A stretch of 64,000 nucleotides of DNA. Origin: Candidatus Zixiibacteriota bacterium. Its GTDB lineage: Bacteria > Zixibacteria > MSB-5A5 > GN15 > FEB-12. The stretch spans positions 26,906-90,905 of the forward strand of contig JAWXAN010000070.1 in NCBI GenBank assembly GCA_034439475.1. The letters are read 5' to 3'. The notes beneath the pieces are model-generated. The model saw nothing but the letters and a program-made list of their open reading frames with translations. It made no database searches and was not told where the DNA came from. How positions within the stretch are numbered: the stretch's first letter is position 1; the number at the start of each line of letters is the position of its first letter. Shown here one piece after another: positions 7,904-17,488 of this stretch. Both the position numbers and the translations under genes were made by a program.

Positions 7904-10447
7904 ATGAAATCTTCTTCAATCGCCGGATTGTTATCCGGCCTGTGGCTGGCGTTTATGCCATCCCCATCTCAAAGCGCGTCCTTTTCCGGAACCGTGGTTG
8001 ACCCCGAACGGCATCCGCTCAGGTCAGTTACAGTTGCCGGGAATGTGAGAGGCCGCGGGGCAATCACTGACTCGCTCGGGCATTTCTTCATCGTCTCAGC
8101 CGAGGCGGCACCAGACTCGCCGCAACCGGGCGTTGCCCAGCTTACTCATCTGACTTTTTCATCGGTCGGATTTGCCCCGCGAAGATTCGCTGTGAGTCAG
8201 TTGCCCGACACCATTATTCTCTCTCCAATTTATTACGAGGGGAAAGAGATAACTGTCACTGCCAACCGGGCAAAAGCCGGAGTGACACCAGTTGCCTTCG
8301 AAAACATCTCGAGGGATGAAATCATGCGGGATTACACCGTCGGCGACCTGCCAACACTATTGCAGACATCTCCAAATCTTTATTCTTACTCCGATGCCGG
8401 TGGCGGACTTGGCTATACATATACCCAGATTCGTGGATTCGACGATAAACGTATAGCGACCTATCTCAATGGCGTTCCGCTCAACGACCCCGAAGACCAA
8501 TATGCCTATTGGGTCGATTTGCCGGATTTCACCTCAAGTGTGAGTGATGTCCAGATCCAACGCGGTGTAGGGAATTCCCTTTATGGCGATGCCTCATTCG
8601 GGGGCTCAATCAACGTCGTCAGCGGCATCCTCGGGAAAGAACGCATGACTTCAGTCACATCGGGTTATGGAGAATTTTCAAGTAATAGCAAGGCAATCGG
8701 CAAAACGACAAAACAGACATTTGATTATGCGTCTGGTTTAATTGACGGCCAGTGGGCTTTTGGCGGACGGTTTTCAAAACAGAAAAGCGACGGCTACCGC
8801 GAACAAAGCTGGGTGGACAGCTGGGCATACCACCTCTCTCTTGCGCGTCTCGATCCGAATATGACGACTGAACTTCAGTTATTCGGCGGGCCGACAAGTC
8901 TGCATCTGGCGTATTATGGGATTCCGCGTGATACACCAAACCGACGCTCCAACCCGCTCACCTACGAAAACGAAACCGATAATTTTAACCAGCCGCACTA
9001 TCATCTGCACAACACCTACCTGCTGTCCCAGAACGCGACATTGTACAACACCCTCTATTACATTCGCGGACGCGGTTATTTTGAGCAATATATCGGAGAT
9101 GCGCTCTACAGCGATTATAATATAGATTCCACATTTACCGACAGCCTCAAAGCAAACGGGGATCTCATCCGAAGACAATCTGTTGCCAAATATCAAATCG
9201 GCTGGAATCCACGGTTTGATCTCGTTCATTCCCGCGGTAGTCATTCACTCGGCGGTTCGTACTATTTCTTCGAATCTGACCACATTGGGACTGTGGAATG
9301 GAGCGAAAACAGCAATAGATTAGTCCTGCCGGGACATCGATACTACCAATATTACGGCAAGAAGCATGTGGCCTCGTTCTATGCGCAGGAGTATTTCAAA
9401 ATCACTGACAGACTTTCAACCCAGGCGACTGCGCAGCTTCGCTATCAGACCTACAGCTTTAATCAGGAAAGATTCGGCGCGTTTCAAGGCTATCAATATG
9501 ACGTCCACTGGCTTTTCCTTTCCCCTCGTCTCGGATTTAATTATTTGTTGTCTGACAACGAGGAATCAAAGCTGAACGTGTATACGAACTTCGCTCTCGC
9601 CTCGCGCACGCCGACCGATGCCGCGCTTTATGATGCCAGCGATCCGTATATTACCCCATCGTTTGAAATCGACGATATCTTGCTTACCGCGTCGGGCGAT
9701 TCGGCGGTTGTCTTTGGTGACCCGACTGCCCGCTCAGAGCGCGTTTATGATCTGGAGATTGGAAGCGTGTACCGAACCCAAAAATATTCATTCGGCGTAA
9801 ATCTTTTCAGGATGGATTTCAAAGACGAGATTATCCCCTATGGTGGCATAAACCCAAGCACTGGTCAAGCGATAACGGTCAATGCCGACGGGTCGGTCAG
9901 ATCGGGGATTGAATTGAACGGAAGCATTAACCTGACAAAACCTCTGAGTCTAAGCGGAAGTCTTGCTTTCAACCGCTATCGCATCAAAGATTTCGTGGAT
10001 ACAATCGATGTTTATGACGGAACCGGCGCCTTTTTCGGTCAAGCTGAAGTAAATCTCAATAATAGACGGGGACTTGGTTTCCCCGACATGCTCGGCTCAT
10101 TCGTAGCGGATCTGCATAAAAATAGTTGGCGTCTGACATACCGCCTGCAGATGGTCGGAAAACAATATCTTGAGCTTGTCAATATTGAATCGCTCGCTAT
10201 CGAAGCATTCACGGTCTCATCACTTTCTGCGCAGCTGACCCTGAAAAATGCTCTTAATATCGGCAACCTGACTCTATCCGGAACGATCGACAATCTTTTT
10301 GATCTCAAATACGAGCGTTCCGGCTATGGTTGGAATTATGGCGTAATAGACCCATCCACTGGCGGGGTAACTCTTGCCGGGGACGCAGAATATTATGTCG
10401 CTGCAGAACGGTCATTTTATGCGCAACTTCGCCTCGAACTGTTTTAA
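7904..10447 (+). CDS. TonB-dependent outer-membrane receptor (with N-terminal carboxypeptidase-regulatory-like domain)
   Basis: 847 aa with a signal peptide, a plug region (ITVTANR...FENISRDEIMR...YTQIRGFDDKRIATYLNGVPLNDPE) and a long beta-barrel ending in the OMP-typical ...QLRLELF. Confidence 0.9.
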   Translation: MKSSSIAGLLSGLWLAFMPSPSQSASFSGTVVDPERHPLRSVTVAGNVRGRGAITDSLGHFFIVSAEAAPDSPQPGVAQLTHLTFSSVGFAPRRFAVSQLPDTIILSPIYYEGKEITVTANRAKAGVTPVAFENISRDEIMRDYTVGDLPTLLQTSPNLYSYSDAGGGLGYTYTQIRGFDDKRIATYLNGVPLNDPEDQYAYWVDLPDFTSSVSDVQIQRGVGNSLYGDASFGGSINVVSGILGKERMTSVTSGYGEFSSNSKAIGKTTKQTFDYASGLIDGQWAFGGRFSKQKSDGYREQSWVDSWAYHLSLARLDPNMTTELQLFGGPTSLHLAYYGIPRDTPNRRSNPLTYENETDNFNQPHYHLHNTYLLSQNATLYNTLYYIRGRGYFEQYIGDALYSDYNIDSTFTDSLKANGDLIRRQSVAKYQIGWNPRFDLVHSRGSHSLGGSYYFFESDHIGTVEWSENSNRLVLPGHRYYQYYGKKHVASFYAQEYFKITDRLSTQATAQLRYQTYSFNQERFGAFQGYQYDVHWLFLSPRLGFNYLLSDNEESKLNVYTNFALASRTPTDAALYDASDPYITPSFEIDDILLTASGDSAVVFGDPTARSERVYDLEIGSVYRTQKYSFGVNLFRMDFKDEIIPYGGINPSTGQAITVNADGSVRSGIELNGSINLTKPLSLSGSLAFNRYRIKDFVDTIDVYDGTGAFFGQAEVNLNNRRGLGFPDMLGSFVADLHKNSWRLTYRLQMVGKQYLELVNIESLAIEAFTVSSLSAQLTLKNALNIGNLTLSGTIDNLFDLKYERSGYGWNYGVIDPSTGGVTLAGDAEYYVAAERSFYAQLRLELF

Positions 10448-10453
10448 CGTCCA

Positions 10454-11845
10454 ATGCACCCTCTCGATATTGGCATAATTGCCTTCTATGCCGCCGCTAT
10501 TTTATGGTTGGGGTTTCGCACACGACTCCAGCCCGAAAGTTCGACGAGCGAACTCATTCTTGGCGGACGTATGCTCACTGTGCCAGCTTTTGCCGCAAGT
10601 CTGGTCTCGACGTGGTACGGAGGAATACTCGGCATCGGAGAATACACCTACCGCTATGGCCTTTCGAACTGGCTCGTTTTCGGACTGCCGTATTATGTGG
10701 CGGCATTTCTCTTCGCGATTTTTCTGGCCAAAAAGGCTCGTCAGTCGGAGTTGCTGACTATTCCTGACCGCCTTGCAAAAATTTATGACACCAAAACCGC
10801 CGTCCTTGGGGCGTCGATTATCTACCTCATGACCGTCCCCGGCGCGTATATACTTATTCTGGGCGTTCTCTGCCAAACACTTTTCGGCTGGCCGTTTTGG
10901 ACTGGCGCGGTCGCGGGGAGTCTCTTTTCAATTATCTATCTGTTTTTGGGAGGCTTCAAATCGGTCGTACGCACCGATATCTTTCAGACAGTCCTCATGT
11001 TCCTTGGATTCATCGTTCTTGTGATTTATCTTATCGCCACATACGGCGGATTTGAGTTTTTGCAGTCGCGTCTGCCCGAAAATCATCTGACTTGGCATGG
11101 CGGCCAACCGACATTCTATATTGCGACATGGTATGTCATCGCCCTTGCGACCTTGACCGAACCGGCTTTTTTTCAGCGTTGTTATGCCGCAAAATCAGGT
11201 TCCGTCGCGCGGAATGGCATCTTTCTTTCCATTGGCTTTTGGGCCTTGTTTGATTTTTTGACGACAACCTGTGGTTTGTATGCGCGCGTCCTTATGCCCG
11301 ATTTGGCTGACCCGGTGACATCTTTTCCGGCGCTCGCCCAGCAGATACTTCCCGTTGGAGTGTTGGGGTTGTTTGTTCTGGCGATGTTTGCAACAGCGCA
11401 ATCGACCGCAGATTCGTATTTTTTTATCGCCGCTACCACATTCAGTAATGATATAATTGGCCGCCTGCGAAAGCTCGACAATTCGTCCATTTTGAAATTC
11501 ACACATATCGGATTGTGGCTGACCGCCGTTCTGGCCATTGTCTGTGTGCTTGTATTTCGCTCAGTCGTTGATATCTGGTATGCTTTCGGCTCGATTGGCA
11601 CACCCGCCCTTCTGATACCTGTCTTTTTCAGTTTTGTCGGCAATCGGCGATTATCAGGCACATCGGCCTTTTGGACTATCGTATTGTCCGGCTCGTTATC
11701 CGCGGTCTGGTATTTATCCCAGTATTGGACGCCGGATAATAGCTTCTGGTTCGGCTTGCAGCCTATTTTCCCCGGGCTTGCCCTTTCTCTGTTCATCTAT
11801 GGACTCTTTGCAAAACGGACGCCATCGCCGTTGCCTTCAGGATAA
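10454..11845 (+). CDS. Sodium:solute symporter (SSS) family transporter
   Basis: 463 aa with about 12-13 TM segments. The N-terminal region LILGGRMLTVPAFAASLVSTWYGGILGIGEYTYRYGLSNW is SSS-like. It starts 6 nt after the TonB-receptor stop, so it is probably co-transcribed. Confidence 0.8.
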   Translation: MHPLDIGIIAFYAAAILWLGFRTRLQPESSTSELILGGRMLTVPAFAASLVSTWYGGILGIGEYTYRYGLSNWLVFGLPYYVAAFLFAIFLAKKARQSELLTIPDRLAKIYDTKTAVLGASIIYLMTVPGAYILILGVLCQTLFGWPFWTGAVAGSLFSIIYLFLGGFKSVVRTDIFQTVLMFLGFIVLVIYLIATYGGFEFLQSRLPENHLTWHGGQPTFYIATWYVIALATLTEPAFFQRCYAAKSGSVARNGIFLSIGFWALFDFLTTTCGLYARVLMPDLADPVTSFPALAQQILPVGVLGLFVLAMFATAQSTADSYFFIAATTFSNDIIGRLRKLDNSSILKFTHIGLWLTAVLAIVCVLVFRSVVDIWYAFGSIGTPALLIPVFFSFVGNRRLSGTSAFWTIVLSGSLSAVWYLSQYWTPDNSFWFGLQPIFPGLALSLFIYGLFAKRTPSPLPSG

Positions 11846-11867
11846 TTTGAATGTATATTAGAGCCCT

Positions 11868-12344
11868 ATGAGTGAACCTATCTATTTATCTAAAGAGGGC
11901 CGCATGAAAATGGAAGATGAGCTTAAAAAGCTCAAATTCGAATTGCGCCCAAAATTGGTCGCTGAAATCAAGCGAACCATGGAGCTTGGCGATTTATCCG
12001 AAAATGCGGAGTATCATGCCGCAAAGGACGCCCAGAAACATCTGGAGCGGAAAATTGCTGAGATTGAAGATAAGATGTCTCGCATTCGATCGGTCGACCC
12101 CGAGAAGATTCCGTCAGATAAAGTCTATCTTTTCGCTAAAGTGCTCGTGAAGGACCTTCGCAATAAAGAGGAAATTCTCTACACAATTGCCCCGGCTGAA
12201 GAAGCCGATGTCGACAACGATGTTATTTCGATTAAATCACCAATTGGGGCGGCGCTTCTGGGTAAAGTTGTTGGGGAGACCGTAGAAATCACTATCCCGA
12301 CCGGTACGATTAAATATAAAGTACTGAATATCTCGCGCTCTTAG
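11868..12344 (+). CDS. greA: Transcription elongation factor GreA
   Basis: 158 aa. LSKEGRMKMEDELKKLK...ELGDLSENAEYHAAKDAQ...I forms the coiled-coil finger, followed by the C-terminal globular domain. Confidence 0.95.
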   Translation: MSEPIYLSKEGRMKMEDELKKLKFELRPKLVAEIKRTMELGDLSENAEYHAAKDAQKHLERKIAEIEDKMSRIRSVDPEKIPSDKVYLFAKVLVKDLRNKEEILYTIAPAEEADVDNDVISIKSPIGAALLGKVVGETVEITIPTGTIKYKVLNISRS

Positions 12345-12408
12345 AATAAGAGCGAAAGAGGAAGGTCAGATTAAATCGTTGTCTCGTGGAGTCGATGTCG
12401 ATAATAGA

Positions 12409-12576
12409 TTATTCTTCCTCGCCGAAATACTCATCGATCATTTCTTCCTCGAAATATTCTTCTTCTTCAGGCTCGATTCCGGAAGCGAGATTGGCGCATT
12501 CGAGTGAGCAGTAATAGTCGGTTGCCTGTTTGATTGGCTTTCCAACAATTTTCTCCGTACAGTTAGCGCAAAACAT
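12409..12576 (-). CDS. Small Cys4 zinc-ribbon/TRASH-like protein with poly-acidic C-terminal tail
   Basis: MFCANCTEKIVGKPIKQATDYYCSLECANL carries a C-x2-C...YYCS-x2-C pattern and is followed by EPEEEEYFEEEMIDEYFGEEE. GGGAGG lies about 13 nt upstream of this ATG. The ORF track extends to 12636 without better support. Confidence 0.5.
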   Translation of the reverse strand: MFCANCTEKIVGKPIKQATDYYCSLECANLASGIEPEEEEYFEEEMIDEYFGEEE

Positions 12577-12790
12577 AGATATTTCTATACCTCCCTCTTG
12601 ACGTGTATAATTATCCAACCGGATGATTTTCCACACTCAATCTATTTCCCATTAGCGGTCTATGGTTATAGTCTGAATTCTTTTTTGTCAAATGTTTTTT
12701 TTCAAGAAATATCCAAAATTATCATTTTCTGCGAAGCCGCAGACTTTGCAGGCCATGAACTCAGTCTCAGATTTGACCTAAGTCCCGTAG

Positions 12791-12827
12791 GGGAATTGCT
12801 TGACAATTCCCGCTTCCTTCATAAATT
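12791..12827 (+). promoter_or_regulatory. Candidate promoter (TTGACA-16 nt-TAAATT) overlapped by a perfect 8-bp-arm palindrome GGGAATTG-5-CAATTCCC
   Basis: Read directly. The palindrome is at 12791-12811, TTGACA at 12800-12805 and TAAATT at 12822-12827, about 60 nt upstream of the CBS-like gene. Confidence 0.3.
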
Positions 12828-12885
12828 ATTATCAATTATTGAGTTGATGGAAAATTACGCCGATCCCATGTAACAAAGGGGCAAC

Positions 12886-13911
12886 ATGACAACAAACGTT
12901 TTAAGAAGCGAGACAGCCACGAAGATGGAAAAGACATTTTATGCTCATGATATAACCGAGGCAATCGGAAATACCCCCTTGGTCAAACTGCAGAGGATGA
13001 CAAAGGAGCGGGGGATTGCGGCCACAGTGTTGGTAAAGCCCGAATTTCTTAACCCGACCGGGTCAGTAAAAGACCGAATGGCGGTCTACATCCTCCGCAA
13101 AGCCATTGCCTCCGGCGACCTTAAGCCCGGTGGGACAATTGTCGAAGCGACGTCAGGAAATACCGGCGCCGCAGTGGCCATGTTTGCCGCAGTGTACGGT
13201 TATAAGGCCATACTCAGCATCCCGGATAAAATGTCCAAAGAGAAAGTCGATACAATGCGGGCATTTGGCGCCGAAGTTCATATCTGCAAGACTGCCGTGC
13301 CAGCAGAATCACCTGAAAGTTACTATGAGACCGGGCGGAGAATCGCCGACCAGACCCCAAATTCGTATTTTATCGGTCAGTACAATAACTTGAATAACAT
13401 CGAAGCGCACTATATGCTCACCGGCCCTGAAATATGGCGGCAGACCGGCGGTAAAATTGATGTCTTTGTCGGCGGCATCGGGACCGGCGGCACTGTCTCC
13501 GGAACTGCCCGATTCCTCAAAGAGAAAAATCCGAAAATCGAGGTCGTCGCTGCCGATCCTATCGGGTCAATTTACTATCAGTATCATAAAGACAAATCGA
13601 TGATCGAGCCGCACACCTACCTTGTGGAGGGAATCGGCGAGGATATGATGTGCAAAGCTATAGACTTTACGGTTATCGATAAAATCTACCAAGTTAATGA
13701 TCAGCAATGTTTTCTCGCGGGGAGGGATTTGGCCCGAAAAGAGGGAATGCTCGGCGGCGGTTCTTCCGGCGCGGCTGTCCATGTTGCGCTCGAGCACGCA
13801 AAAACACTTTCAGCGGACAAAATAATGGTCGTGATTCTGCCCGACAGTGGCACAAAATATATAAGCAAAATGTTTAACGATGACTGGATGCGCGAGAAAG
13901 GATTTCTATAA
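12886..13911 (+). CDS. PLP-dependent cysteine synthase / cystathionine beta-synthase family enzyme (no CBS-pair domains)
   Basis: 341 aa with GNTPLVKL, the PLP-lysine motif NPTGSVKDR, and TSGNTGAAVA. Confidence 0.85.
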   Translation: MTTNVLRSETATKMEKTFYAHDITEAIGNTPLVKLQRMTKERGIAATVLVKPEFLNPTGSVKDRMAVYILRKAIASGDLKPGGTIVEATSGNTGAAVAMFAAVYGYKAILSIPDKMSKEKVDTMRAFGAEVHICKTAVPAESPESYYETGRRIADQTPNSYFIGQYNNLNNIEAHYMLTGPEIWRQTGGKIDVFVGGIGTGGTVSGTARFLKEKNPKIEVVAADPIGSIYYQYHKDKSMIEPHTYLVEGIGEDMMCKAIDFTVIDKIYQVNDQQCFLAGRDLARKEGMLGGGSSGAAVHVALEHAKTLSADKIMVVILPDSGTKYISKMFNDDWMREKGFL

Positions 13912-13917
13912 CCATAT

Positions 13918-15093
13918 ATGAAAGACAGCAATTTCGACAAGAAAAAGTTCGCCACTCGCGCGATTCATGCCGGCCATGTCCCACAGGACGAAAGCGGCTC
14001 GGTCACCACACCAATCTATCCGTCATCGACCTACCGTGTCGGATTTCCCGGAGATGAATCCGGTTATGTCTACTCGCGCTGGTCAAATCCGACCCGAAAC
14101 GCGCTCGAAGACGCGCTTGCCTCGCTTGAGGGAGGAAGTCACGCCTACGCCTTTGCATCGGGGCTGTCGGCAATGCATGCCGTGCTGTCACTTTTGAAAA
14201 GCGGCGACCATGTTGTTTCGGTCAGTGATCTGTACGGGGGGAGCCGAAGACAGTTTGAGCGGGTGATGAGAAATTTCGGGCTCGATTTCTCCTATGTCGA
14301 TGGACGTGCGTCTCAGAACTTTGCCAAAGCCTGCAATGAGCACACCAAATTATTCTGGCTTGAGTCGCCCACCAATCCGCTCTTGCAACTGATAGACATT
14401 TCAGCCGTCGCAGCAATCGGCAAACCACGAGGGATTCTGACGGCAGTCGACAATACCTTTGCCACACCGTTTCTTCAGCGGCCGCTTGAAAGCGGGGCGG
14501 ACATTGTCCATCACTCAGCCTCGAAATATCTGGCTGGGCACTGCGATGTTATCGCCGGAGCACTTATAGTCAACGACGAAAATTTGGCTGAACGGCTTAG
14601 ATTTAATCAGTATGCTATCGGCGCGGTCTTGAGCCCGTTTGATTCCTGGCTGGTGTTGCGCGGTCTGAAGACGCTTCATCTTCGTATGGAGCGGCACAGC
14701 GAAAACGCCCAGAAAATAGCCGCCTATCTGAAGTCAGTTGATCTTGTTGAAACGGTATTCTATCCCGGACTGGATGGGAAACCCCTCCTGAACAAAATGT
14801 CTCTTCCCGGCGGGATGGTTTCATTTGTTCTCAAGGCTGATTTTGAGACGGTAAAAGCTTTTGTCATGGCGACTGAAGTCTTTGTTCTTGCTGAATCGCT
14901 GGGCGGTGTCGAGTCTCTTATCAATCACCCGGCATCGATGACCCATGCTTCGATTCCAAAAGAGATCCGCGAGAAGAATGGCATTAGCGACGGCCTTATC
15001 CGCCTATCGGTTGGGCTTGAGCACATTGACGACCTGATGACTGATCTCAAGGGCGCATTTGAGAAGGTTCGTCAGTTGGCAGTGAAGAGGTAG
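13918..15093 (+). CDS. Cystathionine gamma-lyase/gamma-synthase family PLP enzyme
   Basis: 391 aa. It has the Cys/Met-metabolism PLP family pattern, including HSASKYLAGHCDV (PLP lysine) and the C-terminal IRLSVGLE. Confidence 0.9.
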   Translation: MKDSNFDKKKFATRAIHAGHVPQDESGSVTTPIYPSSTYRVGFPGDESGYVYSRWSNPTRNALEDALASLEGGSHAYAFASGLSAMHAVLSLLKSGDHVVSVSDLYGGSRRQFERVMRNFGLDFSYVDGRASQNFAKACNEHTKLFWLESPTNPLLQLIDISAVAAIGKPRGILTAVDNTFATPFLQRPLESGADIVHHSASKYLAGHCDVIAGALIVNDENLAERLRFNQYAIGAVLSPFDSWLVLRGLKTLHLRMERHSENAQKIAAYLKSVDLVETVFYPGLDGKPLLNKMSLPGGMVSFVLKADFETVKAFVMATEVFVLAESLGGVESLINHPASMTHASIPKEIREKNGISDGLIRLSVGLEHIDDLMTDLKGAFEKVRQLAVKR

Positions 15094-15351
15094 CGGGAAC
15101 CCGACCCTCGACAGCGGGATGACGCGGCAATCTCATGTTTTCCGATATTCGTAGGTCAGCGATCCTTGTGATCCTGACGACTTCATTCGTAGGTGTCGGG
15201 CAGAGAGGCCCGACACCACGGAACCAACGGTAAGATCACACCGCAAGCGGTGTGCTACAAATGCTTGTGCAGGCTTGGGCCACCCCGCACGAAGATACGG
15301 TTGGCTCGGGCTTTTCGCCAGCGCAGGAAGTAAGGACAAAAAAACATCCTG
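15094..15351. repeat. Mosaic intergenic hairpin-repeat cluster 1
   Basis: Contains GGCAATCTCAT (15126-15136), the TAGGTCAG..GATCCTGAC unit (15147-15178), the hairpin GGTGTCGGGC-agaga-GCCCGACACC (15192-15219) and GATCACACCGCAAGCGGTGTGCTACAA (15234-15260). Each recurs in other clusters. Confidence 0.8.
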
Positions 15352-16065
15352 CTACTTCATCTCCGGCTGTTCGACCAAACTCATCATATCCCCAATGAGC
15401 GGCGGCTCAAAAGCCGCAAAGCCAAGGCCGTATTTGCACCGTGCAAGCTGGCCGAATGAACGGGACATGGCCGTCAACTGTTCGATATAATCCCGTCCCT
15501 TGTCAGGGTTGAGAAACTGCGATTTATGCGCCGAGAGCGAGGCTATCCACTTGTCATAATGCACGGTTATGTCCACCACAAATGTCGGGAAAACGCCGGG
15601 CGGCAGAAAGTAATGAAAAACGCGCTGGACTTGGTGCGGTTCTCCCGGGACATCGGCTTTCCGAAGACTCGCGATATTGGCGGCATTGACTGTAATAATT
15701 CCAGCGGCGACATGATCCGGATGTGATTGTCGTCTGCCATGCGCAACCTGCGGATACGGAGTAAGAATTATTTTCGGTTTGGCAACTCGGATAATTCGCG
15801 CTATCTCAAGCCGGTTCGCAGATGTGTCTTCAAGCTTGGTATCGCCCCAATTGAAATGACCGAGAATGTCTGCGCCCAGAATAGATGCGGCATCCTTTGC
15901 TTCCTGCTTCCGGATATCCACCGAGCCGCCGGTTCCCATTTCACCGAGGGTCATGATAACCATGCCGCATGTGTAACCGTGGCTGGCCAGATCTATAAGA
16001 ACGCCGCCGCAGCCGACTTCGATATCGTCAGGATGCGCTCCAATAGCGAGTAGATCGTATGACAT
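15352..16065 (-). CDS. PIG-L family N-acetylglucosaminyl deacetylase (BshB1-like)
   Basis: 237 aa with LAIGAHPDDIEVGCGG, a later HPDH motif, and overall BshB/LmbE-like order. Confidence 0.75.
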   Translation of the reverse strand: MSYDLLAIGAHPDDIEVGCGGVLIDLASHGYTCGMVIMTLGEMGTGGSVDIRKQEAKDAASILGADILGHFNWGDTKLEDTSANRLEIARIIRVAKPKIILTPYPQVAHGRRQSHPDHVAAGIITVNAANIASLRKADVPGEPHQVQRVFHYFLPPGVFPTFVVDITVHYDKWIASLSAHKSQFLNPDKGRDYIEQLTAMSRSFGQLARCKYGLGFAAFEPPLIGDMMSLVEQPEMK

Positions 16066-16090
16066 GGTCTAAATTATTCCCGTTTAGGTT

Positions 16091-16120
16091 AAAAAAAACC
16101 CGGAGGACTTGTCCTCCGGG
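16091..16120 (-). terminator. Rho-independent terminator of the FadL-like/esterase-like operon
   Basis: On the minus strand the sequence reads CCCGGAGGA-caag-TCCTCCGGG followed by T8, just after the stop at 16142. Confidence 0.8.
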
Positions 16121-16141
16121 CGTATCATGCTAAAACTGTTA

Positions 16142-17470
16142 TTACTCTTGAAAATTCTTTGAATGGAACATCAGCATTTCACGGAGCAAATCATTTACAT
16201 ACTGATCTTTGGTCGCGGGATTACCGAGGCGTCCACTGTATGAATATTCCTGAACGCGTCCAATACCGTAGATTCCTCTGAGGTAGTTCTTCCATGACTG
16301 GGTCATGTCATAATATCCATCGGCGGCCTCGGGGGTCGACGCCATGAAGATGTTGACTCCGTAGAGTGGTTTGTTGCTGACCGCGTCTTCATGCAATTGG
16401 GCAAGGTCGTTGTCCATCCACATGTCCCAAATAGGTTGATTAATGGCGCCCATGCTGTCGTAGGGGAGATGAATGCCAAAATAGTGCCTACCGCCGCCGC
16501 TCGTGGGGTGCAGGGTAACGGAGAAAATACTGTCGACTTTTGAAGCTGTGGCGCCTATTGTGTTAGGCGAGGAAAGAGTAACGCTGAGACGGGTGTGCAC
16601 AAGAACGCCATTGATTATTACGTCTCTGTCAAGAATAGTACCAAGGGTGGCATTTGTGTCATTGGGAGAAAAGGCGAGCGATCCTCCGGTGAAGAGCATT
16701 GACAAAGGAATAGTCGCTGGATTAACAATGGGACTATTTACCGTCGTCCTGAAGCGTTTGGAAAACGAAGCTACAGTGTCTGTGGATGCATTCAGGGGCT
16801 CATTGCTTGCGCGGACAAACAAATTCTTGAGTCCACTGTTGCCTGTCGGACCGTCAAAGTCGAGCGGGCCATCGTTGGCGCTCACTGACCCATAGACGCC
16901 GGGACTTTTAATTGCGGCGCGGAACGCGCCATAACCGCCCATACCAATTCCTCCGATACCATGCTTGCTGGTCTGGGGAAGGACAATGTCGAGGCGATCT
17001 TTGATGTGGTCGAGCAGTTGCCCACCCAAAATATTGTCGTAAAATCCGCCGGGAATGCTATTGGCAAAGAAACTCCCGCCAAAGCTCGACTCATTAGTGA
17101 GACAGACAATAATCATCGGCTTAATCTCACCCTTTTGGATCATATCTTCAGCGAGTTCATAAAGACCGCGCTCAAAGTAATAGTACTGAGTTCCAAAAGC
17201 AGGGGGAAGAAGAACTAACACCGGCAGGGGCTGTCCCTGATCAAAAAATCTCTTGGGCGCGTAAATGGCCATTTTTTGCATTCCGGGGGAATTTCGCGGC
17301 TGGAAGTACAGGCCGGGAAAGTCAAAGACATGATCGGCGCCTAATCCGGCGATAATACCCTTCTCGTCCACATCGGATTTAACCGAGTAGGAACCGCGGT
17401 CTGAACAGCTCAAGGATAACAGAGCAATGATCAGAAGAAAACTGGCTGGCTTAAAAAATCTCGATATCAT
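16142..17470 (-). CDS. Esterase-D/'putative esterase'-fold lipoprotein lacking the nucleophile serine
   Basis: 442 aa with a lipobox-like LSLSCSD. KHGIGGIGMGGYGAFRAAIKSPGVYGSVSA aligns with esterase D ...[27 protein letters not shown], but the nucleophile position is Gly (codon 16943-16945). Confidence 0.7.
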   Translation of the reverse strand: MISRFFKPASFLLIIALLSLSCSDRGSYSVKSDVDEKGIIAGLGADHVFDFPGLYFQPRNSPGMQKMAIYAPKRFFDQGQPLPVLVLLPPAFGTQYYYFERGLYELAEDMIQKGEIKPMIIVCLTNESSFGGSFFANSIPGGFYDNILGGQLLDHIKDRLDIVLPQTSKHGIGGIGMGGYGAFRAAIKSPGVYGSVSANDGPLDFDGPTGNSGLKNLFVRASNEPLNASTDTVASFSKRFRTTVNSPIVNPATIPLSMLFTGGSLAFSPNDTNATLGTILDRDVIINGVLVHTRLSVTLSSPNTIGATASKVDSIFSVTLHPTSGGGRHYFGIHLPYDSMGAINQPIWDMWMDNDLAQLHEDAVSNKPLYGVNIFMASTPEAADGYYDMTQSWKNYLRGIYGIGRVQEYSYSGRLGNPATKDQYVNDLLREMLMFHSKNFQE

Positions 17471-17488
17471 TATGATCTCTCCTCGTTC

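Noticed and set aside
12637-12885. Possible SAM or T-box riboswitch upstream of the cysteine/methionine genes
   Set aside because: I looked for SAM-I/II and T-box conserved blocks and found none. Only the palindrome and promoter-like hexamers are reported.
15133-15339. 68-aa ORF, and similar ORFs at 26468-26755, 26662-26859, 31130-31419, 35677-35904, 39800-40018 and 39976-40302
   Set aside because: All of them lie inside the mosaic hairpin-repeat clusters. Their peptides (for example SLRVPILRGTWQSH) are translations of the repeat modules in arbitrary frames and orientations, not genes.
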